Of a stretch of DNA of 64,000 nt, positions 33,444 through 46,800 are shown piece after piece. Every line of letters begins with the position of its first letter. The stretch's first letter is position 1. The notes beneath the pieces are model-generated. The model did not search any database. It had not been told where the DNA came from and worked only from the letters and a program-made list of their open reading frames with translations. Both the position numbers and the translations under genes were made by a program. Source of the stretch: Malacoraja senta (Eukaryota). Where the stretch lies: NCBI GenBank assembly GCA_038087875.1, contig CM075999.1, positions 2,854,001 through 2,918,000 on the forward strand, in the 5' to 3' direction.

Positions 33444-34797
33444 GATATAGTCATGCCGCACGGAAACAGACTCTTTGGCCCAACTTGCCCATGTTGACCA
33501 AGGTGCCCCATCATCACTAGTCCCATCTGCCTGCATTTGGCCCATATACCTTTAAACCTTAGTTTGAATGTTAGTATAGGTCCCTTCCCATTGTTGTGGT
33601 CATGTAGACTTGCATAGTATCTCAAACGCAGAATCACTTCACCTTTGCTGGTGTATAACTCCATTGATTCTCCACCCACTCTGTTAATAATTCTATCAGT
33701 ATCTCCTTGTATATATCTCTTTAGCTTCCTATTGAATTCTTCCACTATTATTTGGCTAAACTACTCCATGTGTTGGAAAGTTCTACATTTTCACTACTCT
33801 GGGTAAGAAATTTCTCTTGAATTTCATATTAGATTGTCACGATGACCCCCTAGTTTTATTGTGATAGCCCCTAGTTATGATGAACCCACTTGTTCTAGTC
33901 TCTCCAGCCAGTGAGCAGCTGGAAACATCCCAACATCCAATCTGTCTACATCTCCAAGAATGTTTTAAGCTTTGATGATATGCTCTCATTCTTGTGAACC
34001 CTGTCTTGGTCAACCCAATCACTCCTTATACAGCAGTCCTGTCAGCACAGAAATCTGTCTGCTGAACTTCCCCTCTGTAGTGAGTATATTATTTCTTAAA
34101 TATCGAGACCAAGAGCACACACATTACTTTAGGAATGGTCTTACTGAAGCCTTGTACAATTGTACAAGATGGTCAAGATGTCTTTGCTCCTGAAGTCAAC
34201 ACCTCTCTACCAAAGACTGACTTACCATTTGTCTTCGTAACTCCATGATGCACTTGAATGTTTGCTTTCATCGACAGATGTTAGATTGCGATCCAGTCCT
34301 AATGGCAAATGATAATCCTAACTTGTCCAGAAAGCACACCACCCACCAAGTTTAGGGGGTTTTAATGATGTTAACGTCGCTAATGCAGTGCACAGACAAG
34401 AATTAAACCTTGCACGTAAATTTTAAAACTTCTCTGCTCTTGTTTGTACTTTCTTAAAGTTTACTCTTAACTCTACCAGCTGAGGTAATTCATTTCCTCG
34501 ACTGGAAAGATAAGAAATATGACAAAGGGTTTGGATAGCTACATCTCTCCAAGACCACTTCCATCTTCCATCTTTTTATATTTAAATTAAATTCCTTCTT
34601 CATGAAAAGATAATTATAAATTGGATGACATTGTTTAGATTACAAATTTAACAATTCTGTTTGTTGATGAACTAATCCTGCTTTACTAATGTAAACCTGC
34701 AGAGAATCTTTAATTTGTTGTACATAGACATTTTAAAGTTTTCATGGTGTAGAAATTGATTTAATCCTTGCTGTTTGTTTCTAGGCAGCATGTCACA

Positions 34798-34866
34798 ATG
34801 AACTCTACATTATCTGGGCCTACAGCAGTAGCTGATGTGATTAAAGATCTAGACACTCAGATAGCA
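34798..34866 (+). CDS. TAF12: TAF12 upstream coding exon (N-terminal extension; exon begins 34785)
   Basis: ttgtttctag|gcagcatgtcacaATG...ATAGCA|gtaagt; [23 protein letters not shown]; phase 0, in frame with the next exon. Confidence 0.75.
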
Positions 34867-37800
34867 GTAAGTAGTGCCTGAGTTGGTCTTGACTGGTGTG
34901 AGAGAATGCAGAATTAAAACATGGACAGGGTTTTTGCAGTAGTGTTTACTTTCTGGTTCAGACAATGATTTGCTTGGAAATGTTTTGTGACTCCAATAGA
35001 GCATTGCAGGATGGCTTTTGAGGCTTTTACTAAGTCAGTCAAAAACCAGCATTATTATTTCTGCAATCTTTTTCTTGCCTTTACATGGGCACTGTTAGTT
35101 TAGTTTAGAGATACAGCATAGAAACAGGCCCTTCGGCCCACCAAATCCACGCCGGCCAGCGATCCCCACTCACTTACACTAACCTATACACACTAGGGAC
35201 AATTTACAATTATACCAAGCCAATTAATCTACAAACCTGTGTTAAAGAAGGAACTGCAGATGCTGGAAAATCGAAGGTACACAAAAATGCTGGAGAAACT
35301 CAGCGGGTGCAGCAGCATCTATGGAGCGAAGGAAATAGGCAACGTTTCAGGCCGAAACGTTGCCTATTTCAATCTACAAACCTGTATGTCTTTGGAGTGT
35401 GGGAGCAAACCAAAAAGAAAACCCACGCAGATCACGGGGAGAACATACGAACATATAGACAGCACCCGTAGTCAGGATTGAACTCGGGTCACCGGCGCTG
35501 CATTCGCTGTAAGGCAGCAACTCTACCGCTGCACCACCGTGCCGCTCCAAGTTAGTATGAGTGTCAGCAGGCTGTTTGACCTTGGAGGGTTGCATACCAA
35601 AACCAACCTTGTTCTTCTGAAATTGCCCCGTTGTGGATAAATAGGTAATGAAGAGAAGCTGACCAGATCTATTTTGGTAGGCTCCCACTGCCTATGTCTG
35701 ACTAGCACATTTAAATCATGGAATGGTTCAGCAATGTAAGTAGCCCATTCAGAACCTAAATGGTGGATAAATCTGACATGCTTATGTGTTGTTCATTTAT
35801 CCCAATTTGTCATTAAGGCTTAAGAATGGCTATAAATTGACGAACTTACATATTGAGATCAATTCTGTTGTATTTCTGGCTAAAGATATCGGGGTTGCCT
35901 GACATGTAGAAGTGAAGTCTATGGTTAACCAGCCTCCAGTTGCAAGAAAGTTCTGCAGAATATGTAGAGCATTCCTCCAGTATCTAGATTCAGCAAAAAA
36001 ATCATTACTAATTGCCTCTATTTTCCAATTCAATAAAAAATATTTGATGTGTTAACATTGTAAATGTGTTGGTTTTAATTGCCAGCACAGAGAACTTACT
36101 CAAACCAAATGATGACATACTTGCCGTTGGTGATTAAAATTGTTATTAGCATCTGAACAAGATTATCAGTAGAAAAAGGACACAAAGTGTTGGAGTAAAC
36201 TCAACGAATTCGACAGCATCTCTGAAGAACATGAATAGGTGATGTTTCGGGTTGGGACGCTTCTTCAGACTCCCAACCTGAGACGTCAACTATCCATGTT
36301 CTCCAGAGACGCTGCCTGACCCACTGAGCTAGTCTAACACTTTATCTTTTCTTGCAAACCAGCATCTGCTGTTCCTTGTGTCTCCAGATTATCAGTAGGC
36401 TTATTAAGTAATGTTAGTCAACTTTGTAAAGTTAAGAATTAGTACCTAATAAAATCATATCAAATAATGCAGCATTTGATTGTAACCAAACTGCCCATTC
36501 ATTCAGTAATATTTTGCTCTCTGTGAAAATCTCTCTCTACCTCTTAAAATTATTCAAAGACTGTTTCCACAGGCTTTTGTGGAAATAAGTTGCAAAGACC
36601 TCTGATCTTATGCGAGCTGAAATTACAACTGATCTCGCTTTTAAATGAGCAATCCCTTATTTTTATACAATGACCTCCCGTTCTAGTTTCTCCTGCAAGA
36701 CGCTACATGGAAATGTAGGGTTTAGAAGCTGTAGGCCATTTGACTCTTTGTACTTTCTCTCCAATTCAGTGAAAATCATGGCTAATCATCCTAATTCAAT
36801 ATCAGTCCTTGCTCCTCCCCCCCCCCCCCCCCCCCCCTTCTTGCATTCCCTTCTGTGGTAGAGGTTTCTGTAGGTTCACCACTCTTTAACTGAAAAATTA
36901 TCTCCAGCTCAATCCTATAGTCTAATCTGACCTTTGGTAGTGATCCCTGGTTCTGAATTTCCCCAATATTGTGCACGTCTTTTTTTACATTTAGTTTGCC
37001 AGATCCCACCGGGATTTTATGAAGTTCAATGGGGTCCCTTCTCATTCTCTAAACTCGGAATATAAGTCTAATCATGAGTTTAAACAAAAAAGACACAAAG
37101 TACTGGAGTAACTCATATTGTTGGGCAACATCCCTGGAGAACAGCTGGAGAAGAGGGAGTTAGATGTGGCCCTTGTGGCTAAAGGGATCAGGGGGTATGG
37201 AGAGAAGGCAGGTACGGAATACTGAGTTGGATGATCAGCCATGATCATATTGAATGGCGGTGCAGGCTCGAAGGGCCGAATGGCCTACTCCTGCACCTAT
37301 TTTCTATGTATCTATTTTCTATGTAACATGGATAGATGGCGTTTTGGGTCGGGACCCTTCCTAAACAGGATTCCGACCCGAAACGTCACTTATCCATGTT
37401 CTCCAGAAATGCTGCCTGACCGACTGAGTTACTCTGGCACTTTGTGTCTTTTTTTGTAAACCAACATCTGCAGTTCCTTGTTTCTACCAATCATGAGTAA
37501 TAGGCAACAGACAATAGGTGCAGGAGTAGGCCATTTGGCCCTTTGAGCCAGCACCGCCATTCAATGTGATCATGGCTGATCATCCCCAATCAGTACCCCG
37601 TTCCTGCCTTCTCCCCATATCCCCTGACTCCGCTATTTTTAAGAGCCCTATCCAGCTCTCTCTTGAAATCATCCAGAGAACCTGCCTCCACCACCCTCTG
37701 AGGCAGAGAATTCCACAGACTAACTAGATTTAAAAATCACTGAAAGAACTTACTGAGCATTTATTATTTTCATTACTACCCATCCATCCATTTTATAGTA

Positions 37801-40800
37801 TAGTAAATATGTTTTGATATATTAAATCTTTTAACTGTGGCTATGTGCCTACTTGTATCAGCACAATTTGAAAACCATTTTCTAGCCAGTGCAACTGAAC
37901 CCGTTCTGCTGGGTGGATCTTGAATTACAGTAAAAAGCTTCATCCTTGGGTTGTAAAAAAAGTGTCAAGTGAGACAGGTGGCCAGTGTGTTGGTTTCAAT
38001 TTTTCAAAATTCTTTGGATTTGGCAAATTCCATTAGGCTGAAAAATATCAAACGTAACTCCTTTATTAAAAATAAGAAAAACATTGGCCAATAACCTTCT
38101 GTCCTCTTATTTTGAGTAAGGGAGTTAAATTTGCTGGTTTCCAATGTTTTATGCTAATTCAAGATCAGTACAGCCACGGTAGATTCAGTTGTACTGTTTG
38201 GAGAATGTTTATTAAATTGTGTCGATATACTTAGTCACATAGCCACTATAGTAAATGTTCAATAAGTCATTTTTAATGATTGTTAAGTCTGGTTACTCAA
38301 GTGGATGCCTGTAGATTCTAAATGCTCCTGTTGAGTAACGGCTACTTTCCACCTGCATTAATATAAATGGACTAAATAGTTCACTTCAATACACCAATGA
38401 ATTTCTTTTGAATAGAAAGACGGTTATGGTCTAGAGCGCTGCCTGATTTAGCGAGTTCATAAACTGAAATTGCATTTTTGATTATGAAAAAATTACTCTG
38501 ATCAACTGTGATGAAACCAGTCACATTTTCATGCACTTTAGGCCCAATTTCCCAATTACTTTCATAATGAAAATGATACCATAGTGTTTACGATCAGTTT
38601 CATGAGCATTTTCCTTTTTGTGGTGGAATTTGCCTGGAGTTCAGTTTGTTTTATTTTCACGTGTACCGAGGTACAGTGAAAAGCTTTTGTTGCATGCTAT
38701 CCAGTCGGCAGAAAGACAATACACGATTAATTGCAGTGCCAATATTTATATACAACAGTGACAGTCATGAGCCATGCTGAAGAACTGTGTCACTATTTTT
38801 GTTGTTTGCGAAGAGGAATAATTGTGTTATTATTGGGCATATACCCAATGCCAGTATTCAGGAACTTACAGTATGGTTAACTGTATGGGTGCTTTGGTTA
38901 GACTGGAAAATTATCCCTGAATCAAAAATAGAAATAGATTTTCATCTCTTGAGTAAAGTTTTGGGAAACATGATTTAAAAACTGCATTGAACTTAATATT
39001 TGCAAGAACTTAAGATAAAGTAATGATGTCGAAAGATAGAAATCCAAGATAGTTTAAACATAGAACAGTTCAGCACAGGAACGGGCCCTTCGGCCCACAA
39101 AGTCCAGGTTGAACATGATGCCAAGTTAAACTAATCTCCTTTGCCTGCACATGATCCATAACACTCCATTCCCTGCATATCCATGTGTCTAAATTACTCT
39201 TTCAGTTTAGTTTAGTTTAGAGATACAGCGCGGAAACAGGCCCTTTCGGCCCGCTGGGTCCGCGCCAACCAGCAATCCCCGCACATTAATACTATCCTAC
39301 ACACACTAGGGACAATTTTTACATTTACCAAGCCAATTAACCTACATACCTGTACGTCTTTGGAGTGTGGGAGAAAACCGAAAATCTCGGAGAAAACCTA
39401 CGCCGGTCACTCGGAGAACGTACAAACTCCATACAGACAGCACCCGTAGTCAGGATGGAACCGGGGTCTCCGGCGCTGCGTTCGCTGTGAGGCAGCAACT
39501 CTACCACTGCGCCACCGTGCCGCCCTATTGAAGCTTTTAACTGGGAAGTGGAAATTGCATTTGGAAACAACTCTATTTTTAAGCTAATGTAATAATGTTG
39601 GATCAGTTTTTTATATCTGCAACAAATTATCTTTTTTAAATAGGTTAGTGAAGTTTGTTAAAGAAGATAAACTAATATCTGGGTTAGTTATTGATAATAA
39701 GTGGACATAAAATGCTGGAGTAACTCAGTGGAGTAAGGCAGCATATCTGGATAGAAGGAATGGGTGACTTTTCGGGTCGAGACCCTTCTTCAGACTGAGA
39801 TTCAGGGGAGAGGGAGACACAGAGATAAGGAAGGGTAAGGTGTGAAAACAAGACATCAAAAGAGATGTGATCTAGGAAAATGTAGAATGTCATTGTTAGC
39901 CAGGAGAAGGTGACACCAAAGCAAACAGAAATATTGGTTATAGGTAACCTCAGTTAAACAATGGATTACATTAACTGATCAGAAGCCATTTGGACTTAAA
40001 ATGTACAATGTTAACGGGTTGTGCAAAACTCATTAATGCTTTTGGAGACTATATCTCTTTTTAAACTAGGAAATAGTTTTCCTCAACATATGGTTTGTGA
40101 GTAGTTCGATGCAAACTCATATACTAGAGTTCACAATATCATTTAGAAACATGGCATCTTTGATAGATGTGTTTGTACATTAATCAGTAATCTTAATGTG
40201 AAAATGTACTTACTTGGCCATGAAAAAAAATCATTTGATCTCTTAACTGGCATCCACTGGTTGGCACACTCTTTTCTCATGCCCAAACTAGTGAGGTTAT
40301 GTTACCATCTGGCACTTACATTGAGTTTGAGCAATTGAACATCTTTTTGGAACACATCCACAGTAGAAAATCACTCCCATTTTGGGTGTTTTTTTTTTAA
40401 CATCATTCAAAAAGTAGAGGAGTGGTCTTGGAGATTTTTGTGTAAAATTATTTGTGACAGTGCTGTGGCCAAGAGGTGATTGGGTAATTCCCCTGTTTGA
40501 AAGGGTTATGCACATAATTCATATATAACCATTTATCACTCACTTTATTTTTCTGGATAAAATATTCTGCTTTTATTAGCAGTACTGCATGCATCCACTG
40601 TACTTTTAAGAATACTCTGCTTTCTGCAAAAAATAACTTTAATTTTGCTTTACAAGAGTCCATTTGTTGTGATTGGGTACAAAGACCCATCTCCATCCTA
40701 TTGGTCAATGCATTGTCATTAACAAATAGCTTGTTCAAATTATTTTAAGATAGACTAAAATAACTTTGTCTCAGCTGATATCATAGAATCAAATGGCTGA

Positions 40801-43800
40801 CAATTCAACTCTTGAAGGATAATAATTTTCTTTCAGTTATACTTCCATTTTCTGTTTGGTTTGCTCACTTCACATTCTGTTGGATTTATTTTCAGTATTA
40901 TTGTCTCATTGACCAGTAAATGATAATATACTTAGACTTGAGGTATGTACACAGTAATGAGAAAGTGAATTTAAACCTAATATGTGTGAGTATAATAATC
41001 CATGACAGCTTGGAGTTACAACTTCTGGGTGAAAATTTATCAAAGAGGACAGCACAGTGGCGGGGCGGTAGAGTTGCTGCCTTACAGCGCCAGAGACCTG
41101 GGTTCGATTCTGACCACGGGTGCTGTCTGTATGGAATTTGTATGTTCTTCCCGTGACCTGCGTGGGTTTCTCCGGGTGCTCAGGTTTCCTCCCACACTCC
41201 AAAGACGTACAGGTTTGTAGGTTAATTGGTTTTGGTAAAGATTGTAAATTGTCCCCAGTGGGTAGGATAGTGCTAGTGTATGGACATGGTGGGCTAAAGG
41301 GCCTGTTTACGCCCTGTATCTCTAAACTAAACTAAGATCAGGATCAAGGAAATTTTAGTTTCTGTTTTCGTATCAGGGTGGTTTGATATCGTCCACAAAG
41401 TAGAGAGTATTCCACACATTAGTGTTGGCAAACTTTATGACTAATCACAAGACTCTGTCAAAACTAAATTAGTTACTGCTAACAAAATTAAAATATTTAT
41501 TAATTGTCATCTCTTCGCTGCTGAACAAATTGGGGAGGAGTTTATTTTATTTCTGAAGATAAAAAATATTTTCACTGGTTTGATCTGTGTTTGTATTAGA
41601 TCACATGAAAGCTTGACTTAAATAGTTCCTTGCAGCCTGTCAAGATGATTTCAACATTCGTTATTCTTGTAAATTTAAGAGGGAGAAATTAGAGGCTATG
41701 GATTCCTCGGGTATGGAAGAGAAAGCCAATAAATTGGTGTTTTACAAGATATGTGATTAACTCATACTCATCAATTTGGATATTTTGTTGATGCAATTTT
41801 ACTAAAGAGATCAGAAAACCTGTCTACAAAACAAGGCAAAGAAATTAACCTGAAGTTAGCGATCTCCTAATGTGACAACGTGCCATGGGGTGCTTGGCCT
41901 ACTTAATGCTCTCATCAAAAACCCGTGTAATTGATAAAATGTGAAACAAATTCCAATTGGGTTTCACGTCTGCTGATGTAAATACTAGCAAATAAAAACA
42001 AGGGCACGCATTCCTTCTATCCAGTGATGCCGCCTATCCCGCTGAGTTACTCCAGCATTTTGTGTCTATCTTCGGTAGAAGCCAGTATCTGCTGTTCCTT
42101 CCTACACAAGGGCAAATTGCTGTTTGTCAACTGTATCAACAATTTGGATTTGAAAGCACAAGGCATGATTAGTAATTTTGCAGATGACACTAAAATAAAA
42201 AGTGTTGTAGATAGTAAAGGAAGTTATCAAGAATTACCGCAAGATCTTTATCGACTGGGCAAATGGGACGAGGAATGGCTAATGAAGGTTAATTCTGATA
42301 AGTGTGAGGTCTTGCATTTTGCGGTCTAGCTAAGGCAGGACCTTCACTGAAAGGAATGTTGGAGAGCAGAGGGATCTTTGTGTACTAATACAGAGTTTCC
42401 TGAAAGAGGCACTGCAGATAGATAAGGCCGTTAAGCTAGAACTGGTGCAATGAAGATTTACGCGGTTATCAGGACTCGAGGACTTCAGCTCTAGGGAGAG
42501 GTTGGGCAGGCTAAGACTTAGCTGGAAGATGAGTAGTCATCTTATCGAGGTGTATAAAATCATGTGAGGAATAGATGTGGTGAATGCACAGAGTCCCGGG
42601 TAAGGAAACAGGAACTGGAGGGTTAAGCATAAGATGAGTGGGGGACGATTTAATAAGAACCTGAGGGACAACATTTTCACACAGTTGGGTGGATACATGG
42701 AGCAAATTGCCAGAGGAGGAGGTTGAGGCAGGTACAATAACAACATTTAAAAGACATTTGGACAGGTACATGGGTGGGAACGGTTGAGAGGGATATGAGT
42801 GAAACGCAGGCAAACGGGGCTAACGTAGATGTGGCGTCTTGGTCTGCATGGTTGAGTTGAGCTGAAGGTCCTGTTTTCATGCTGTATGACTGACTCTAAA
42901 TGGGACTAGCTTGGATGAGCATCTGAGTTAGGCCTTTTTCTGAAGGGTCTGTTTCTGTGCCGCATGGCTCTACAAAAGGCTGTCTCATAGTGCGTCATTT
43001 TTTAACCTGCTCATGCCAAACAAACCTTCAGTTTAACAAAATGTCTTGTGCTAGTATTCCATTGAGGCTTTGGGTTCTGACAAGTAAACTCGTAGCTTCT
43101 GTTTATGTCTTGTCATGCCTGTGTTCTTAACGAGTCCACATCGCAAGATTAGAAATTGTTCAGCCAGAGCTGAACACACTCCTCGGCGTCTGCATACAAT
43201 GGCGTCTTGCGCTTCTTGTGCGTGGTGGTGGAAAGATTGGTGGAAGCAGGGCCGCGACATGAACGCTCTTTGTTGACCCAATGCCTGCGTTGGGCAGTAC
43301 TGAAACAGTACTTCTGCACAAAATTCGTCTTCCTTGCCAACCTGCAGATAAGGGTTGTTAGATGTGAGAGGCAGCGTGGTGCAGCAGTTGGCGCTCCCTC
43401 TCAGTTCTAGCCACTTGGGTTCAATTTTGCCCTTTGATTTTGACCGGAAAGTATATGCCAAAAATAAACTCTTTGTTAAAAATGGTTTGACCATCTTAAC
43501 ATCTCAAAACATAGATTTGGAACATGCTGCATTTAACACTTGACAACGTGCTCCACGCCACAAGTAACAATGTGCTTTGTTTTAATGTTTTGAACAGTTA
43601 ATTGGTCCTGGCCCGCACACCCCGAAGCAGAAACAGGATTTGGAGAAACTGAATGATTTAAAGGCCAAAGCCCAACAGATTATGAACCAGTTTGGACCTG
43701 CGACTCTTATAAATTTGACAAACTTTCCCTCAATAAAGCCTGATCCCTCGAGTACACCGCCTCCCAATACAATGGCGAACAGTGCTGCTGTGGTAAAGAT

Positions 43801-46800
43801 ACCTGGAACACCAGGCTCAGGAGGACGCATGAGTCCAGAAGGCAACCAGGTACAATTATTTTAAGGTTTGAATATTAATGAATTACTATTAAACACAAAG
43901 TACGTGTGCTACATCGCCAGGATAACTATCTACCTTTTTGATGACCCTAGGATGCTTCTTGATCGGACTTTGCTGGCTTTACCTTGCACTAAATGTTATT
44001 CCCATATCATGTATCTATAAACTGTATACATACACTAAGTACATTGGAGGACCCAGCATAGCGGGGACACAGGAGGAAGGATAATGTAGGACCTGGTGTG
44101 GGGGGGGATCGCTGAAGGTGGAGGGAGGAGCCGGCGGGTGTACTTTGTAACTATATGGCGTCTATTTGCATACCTTGAGTATGCAAGCAAAGAATTTCAC
44201 TGTGCCTTGTCACACGTGACAATAAACTATTCCACTGTAAATGGCTCAATTGTAATCATGCATTGTCTTTCTCCCGACTGGATAGCACGCAATAAAAGCT
44301 TATCATTCTACCTCGGAACTGAAACTGATAAACTGATCAACCAAGAAAACCAAGCCCAAAGCCAAAGTAGTGCAAAAAAATTACCTGCACAGGTTGACAA
44401 ACGCACAAGCTAAATGTTTACCCAAGAAGCCCAATCCCAATGAGAATCTCAAATGCCTTGACACAACTAAACTATGGGACAACAAAAACTAGGCCTACAA
44501 AATGCTGGAGTAACTCAGCGGGTGAGGCAGCATCTCTGAAGAGAAAGAATGGGCGACGTTTCGGGTCGAGACCCTTCTTCAGACTCGCCCATTCCTTCTC
44601 TCCAGAGATGCTGCCTCACCCGCTGAGTTACTCCAGCATTTTGTGTCTAGCTTCGATTTAAACCAGCGTCTGCAGTTCTTTCTTACAAAAACTAGGCCGA
44701 TATGTGCCAGTTGGGGTTCTCACCCTTCACTGGTGTTTCGTTGAGTTAGGCCCACAACAATATCCTGTTTAGTTTGAATTTTATAATGATTTGTCGTGCA
44801 ATTGAATTTGATACATGGGTGAACTTGTACAGTGCTATAAAAAAGACACCATGCTTGATGGAAAACTTGATGGGGATCTCATTGAAACATATAAGATTGT
44901 TATGGGCTTGGACACGCTAGAGGCAGGAAACATGTTCCCAATGTTGGGGGAGTCCAGAACCAGGGGCCACAGTTTAAGAATAAGGAGTAAGCCATTTAGA
45001 ACGGAGACGAGGAAACACTTTTTCTCACAGTGAGTGGTGAGTCTGTGGAATTCTCTGCCTCAGAGGGCGGTGGAGGCAGGTTCTCTGGATGCTTTCAAGA
45101 GAGAGCTAGATGGGGCTCTTAAAAATAGCGGAGTCAGGGGATATGGGGAGAAGGCAGGAACGGGGTACTGATTGGGGATGATCGGCCATGATCACATTGA
45201 ATGGCGGTGCTGGCTCGAAGGGCCGAATGGCCTACTCCTGCACCTATTGTCTATTGTCTAAAACATCAATAGGTGACATTTCACGTCAGAATCCTCCTTC
45301 TGACGGATATATATGATGGATAAATTACAACACTCACATTTAGATGCCTTAATTAATGATGTGGAGATCTGAATTTAATTTCAATAAATACTGAAGTTTT
45401 TACATAGTAATGCTGAAGCGATGAAATTTGTCATGAAAGCCTATTGGGTGCATTAATTGGAATCTGCTGCTTTTAACTGATCTGGTCAAATATGACCAGA
45501 TCCTTCATTACCCTCCACCCATCCGACTTGGCCAGTTTAAGGAAGGGGTCCTACAGGATCTGCTGCCCTTATCTTGCAAAATAAAACTGTTCAGTGACTC
45601 AAAAATAATCGGGCAATTACTGCAAAAATCTCCGTTGTGACATACTTAAAAAAAAAATATTTTTAATTCACGCACAAAAACTTGGCACATCTTTTGCACT
45701 GTGAAATGCCCAAATGTTTAGACATCTGGTCATTTGATGTGTGCTTTGAATCCCTGGGAGGGAAAGAATGTTTGGGGAGGTGGGGGGTGAGTACAAGTAT
45801 AGATCCTGTTGATGTAATCTGAAGTTCCAAGCACATTTGTGAATTTGCAGTTATTAGCAACAAGGAACTAAGTGCCTGGTAGACACTAAATGCTGGAGTA
45901 ACTCAGCGGGACAGGCAGTATCTGGCTAGAGATGCTGCCTGCCCTGCTGATTACTCCGGCATTTTGTGTCTACCTTCGATTTAAACCAGCATCTACAGGA
46001 ACTAGGTGCCAGCAGGTTCACTGATGCATGATTCTGCTTGCTAGAAATAGATAGATTTATACATTTATTATCATAAATATGAGTTGCAGAATTAGGAATT
46101 TTATTTGGAACACATTATCTCCTCTAAAAAGGGCATCATGCTGGGGTAACACATTGGATCAGGCAGCATCTCTGGAGAACGTGGATAGGTGACGCTTCGG
46201 GTCAAGACCCTTCTTCAGACTGATAGGTGACATTTTAGGTTGAGACCTTTCTTTAGACTGACAGTGTCTGAAGAAGGGTCTAGACCCGGAACGTCACCTA
46301 TCCATGTTTTCCAGAGTTGCTGCCTGACCCGCCGAGTTACTCCAGTACTTTGTGTCCTGTGTATTAACCAGCATCTGCAGTTCTTTGTTTCTACATTATC
46401 TCCCCTGTAGACTCGTGTGCTTTACCAACAAGGGTGTGGCCTCCTTTCGATATAGAATAGGCACCTGGTGTGCAGTTTACTGTCTGTCATTTTAGCATCA
46501 AACATCTGCATATTGTTTGTCTTAACTCTATATTTAGGTCTTGAGCAAGAAGAAACTCCAGGATCTGGTACGGGAAATTGATCCAAATGAACAACTTGAT
46601 GAAGATGTTGAAGAAGTAAGTTTTGCGCATGTTCACAGTCTTAAAAATGCAAAGCACTGGCTCATTATCTTTAAAACAAAATCATTGAAATCTTTTTGTT
46701 CCTTAAATGGCTTGTTCCGGGAGAAATACAGTTTCTCACTCGGTCACAAGAGGAGGCTGTTTTTCCCATCATATCATAAGTTCATAAGTTATAGAAGCAG

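Noticed and set aside
36111..36156. ATGATGA...CTGA pair resembling a C/D snoRNA in a TAF12 intron
   Set aside because: Too short, no terminal stem, no recognisable guide. I also did not recognise U11 or the snoRNAs that neighbour human TAF12.
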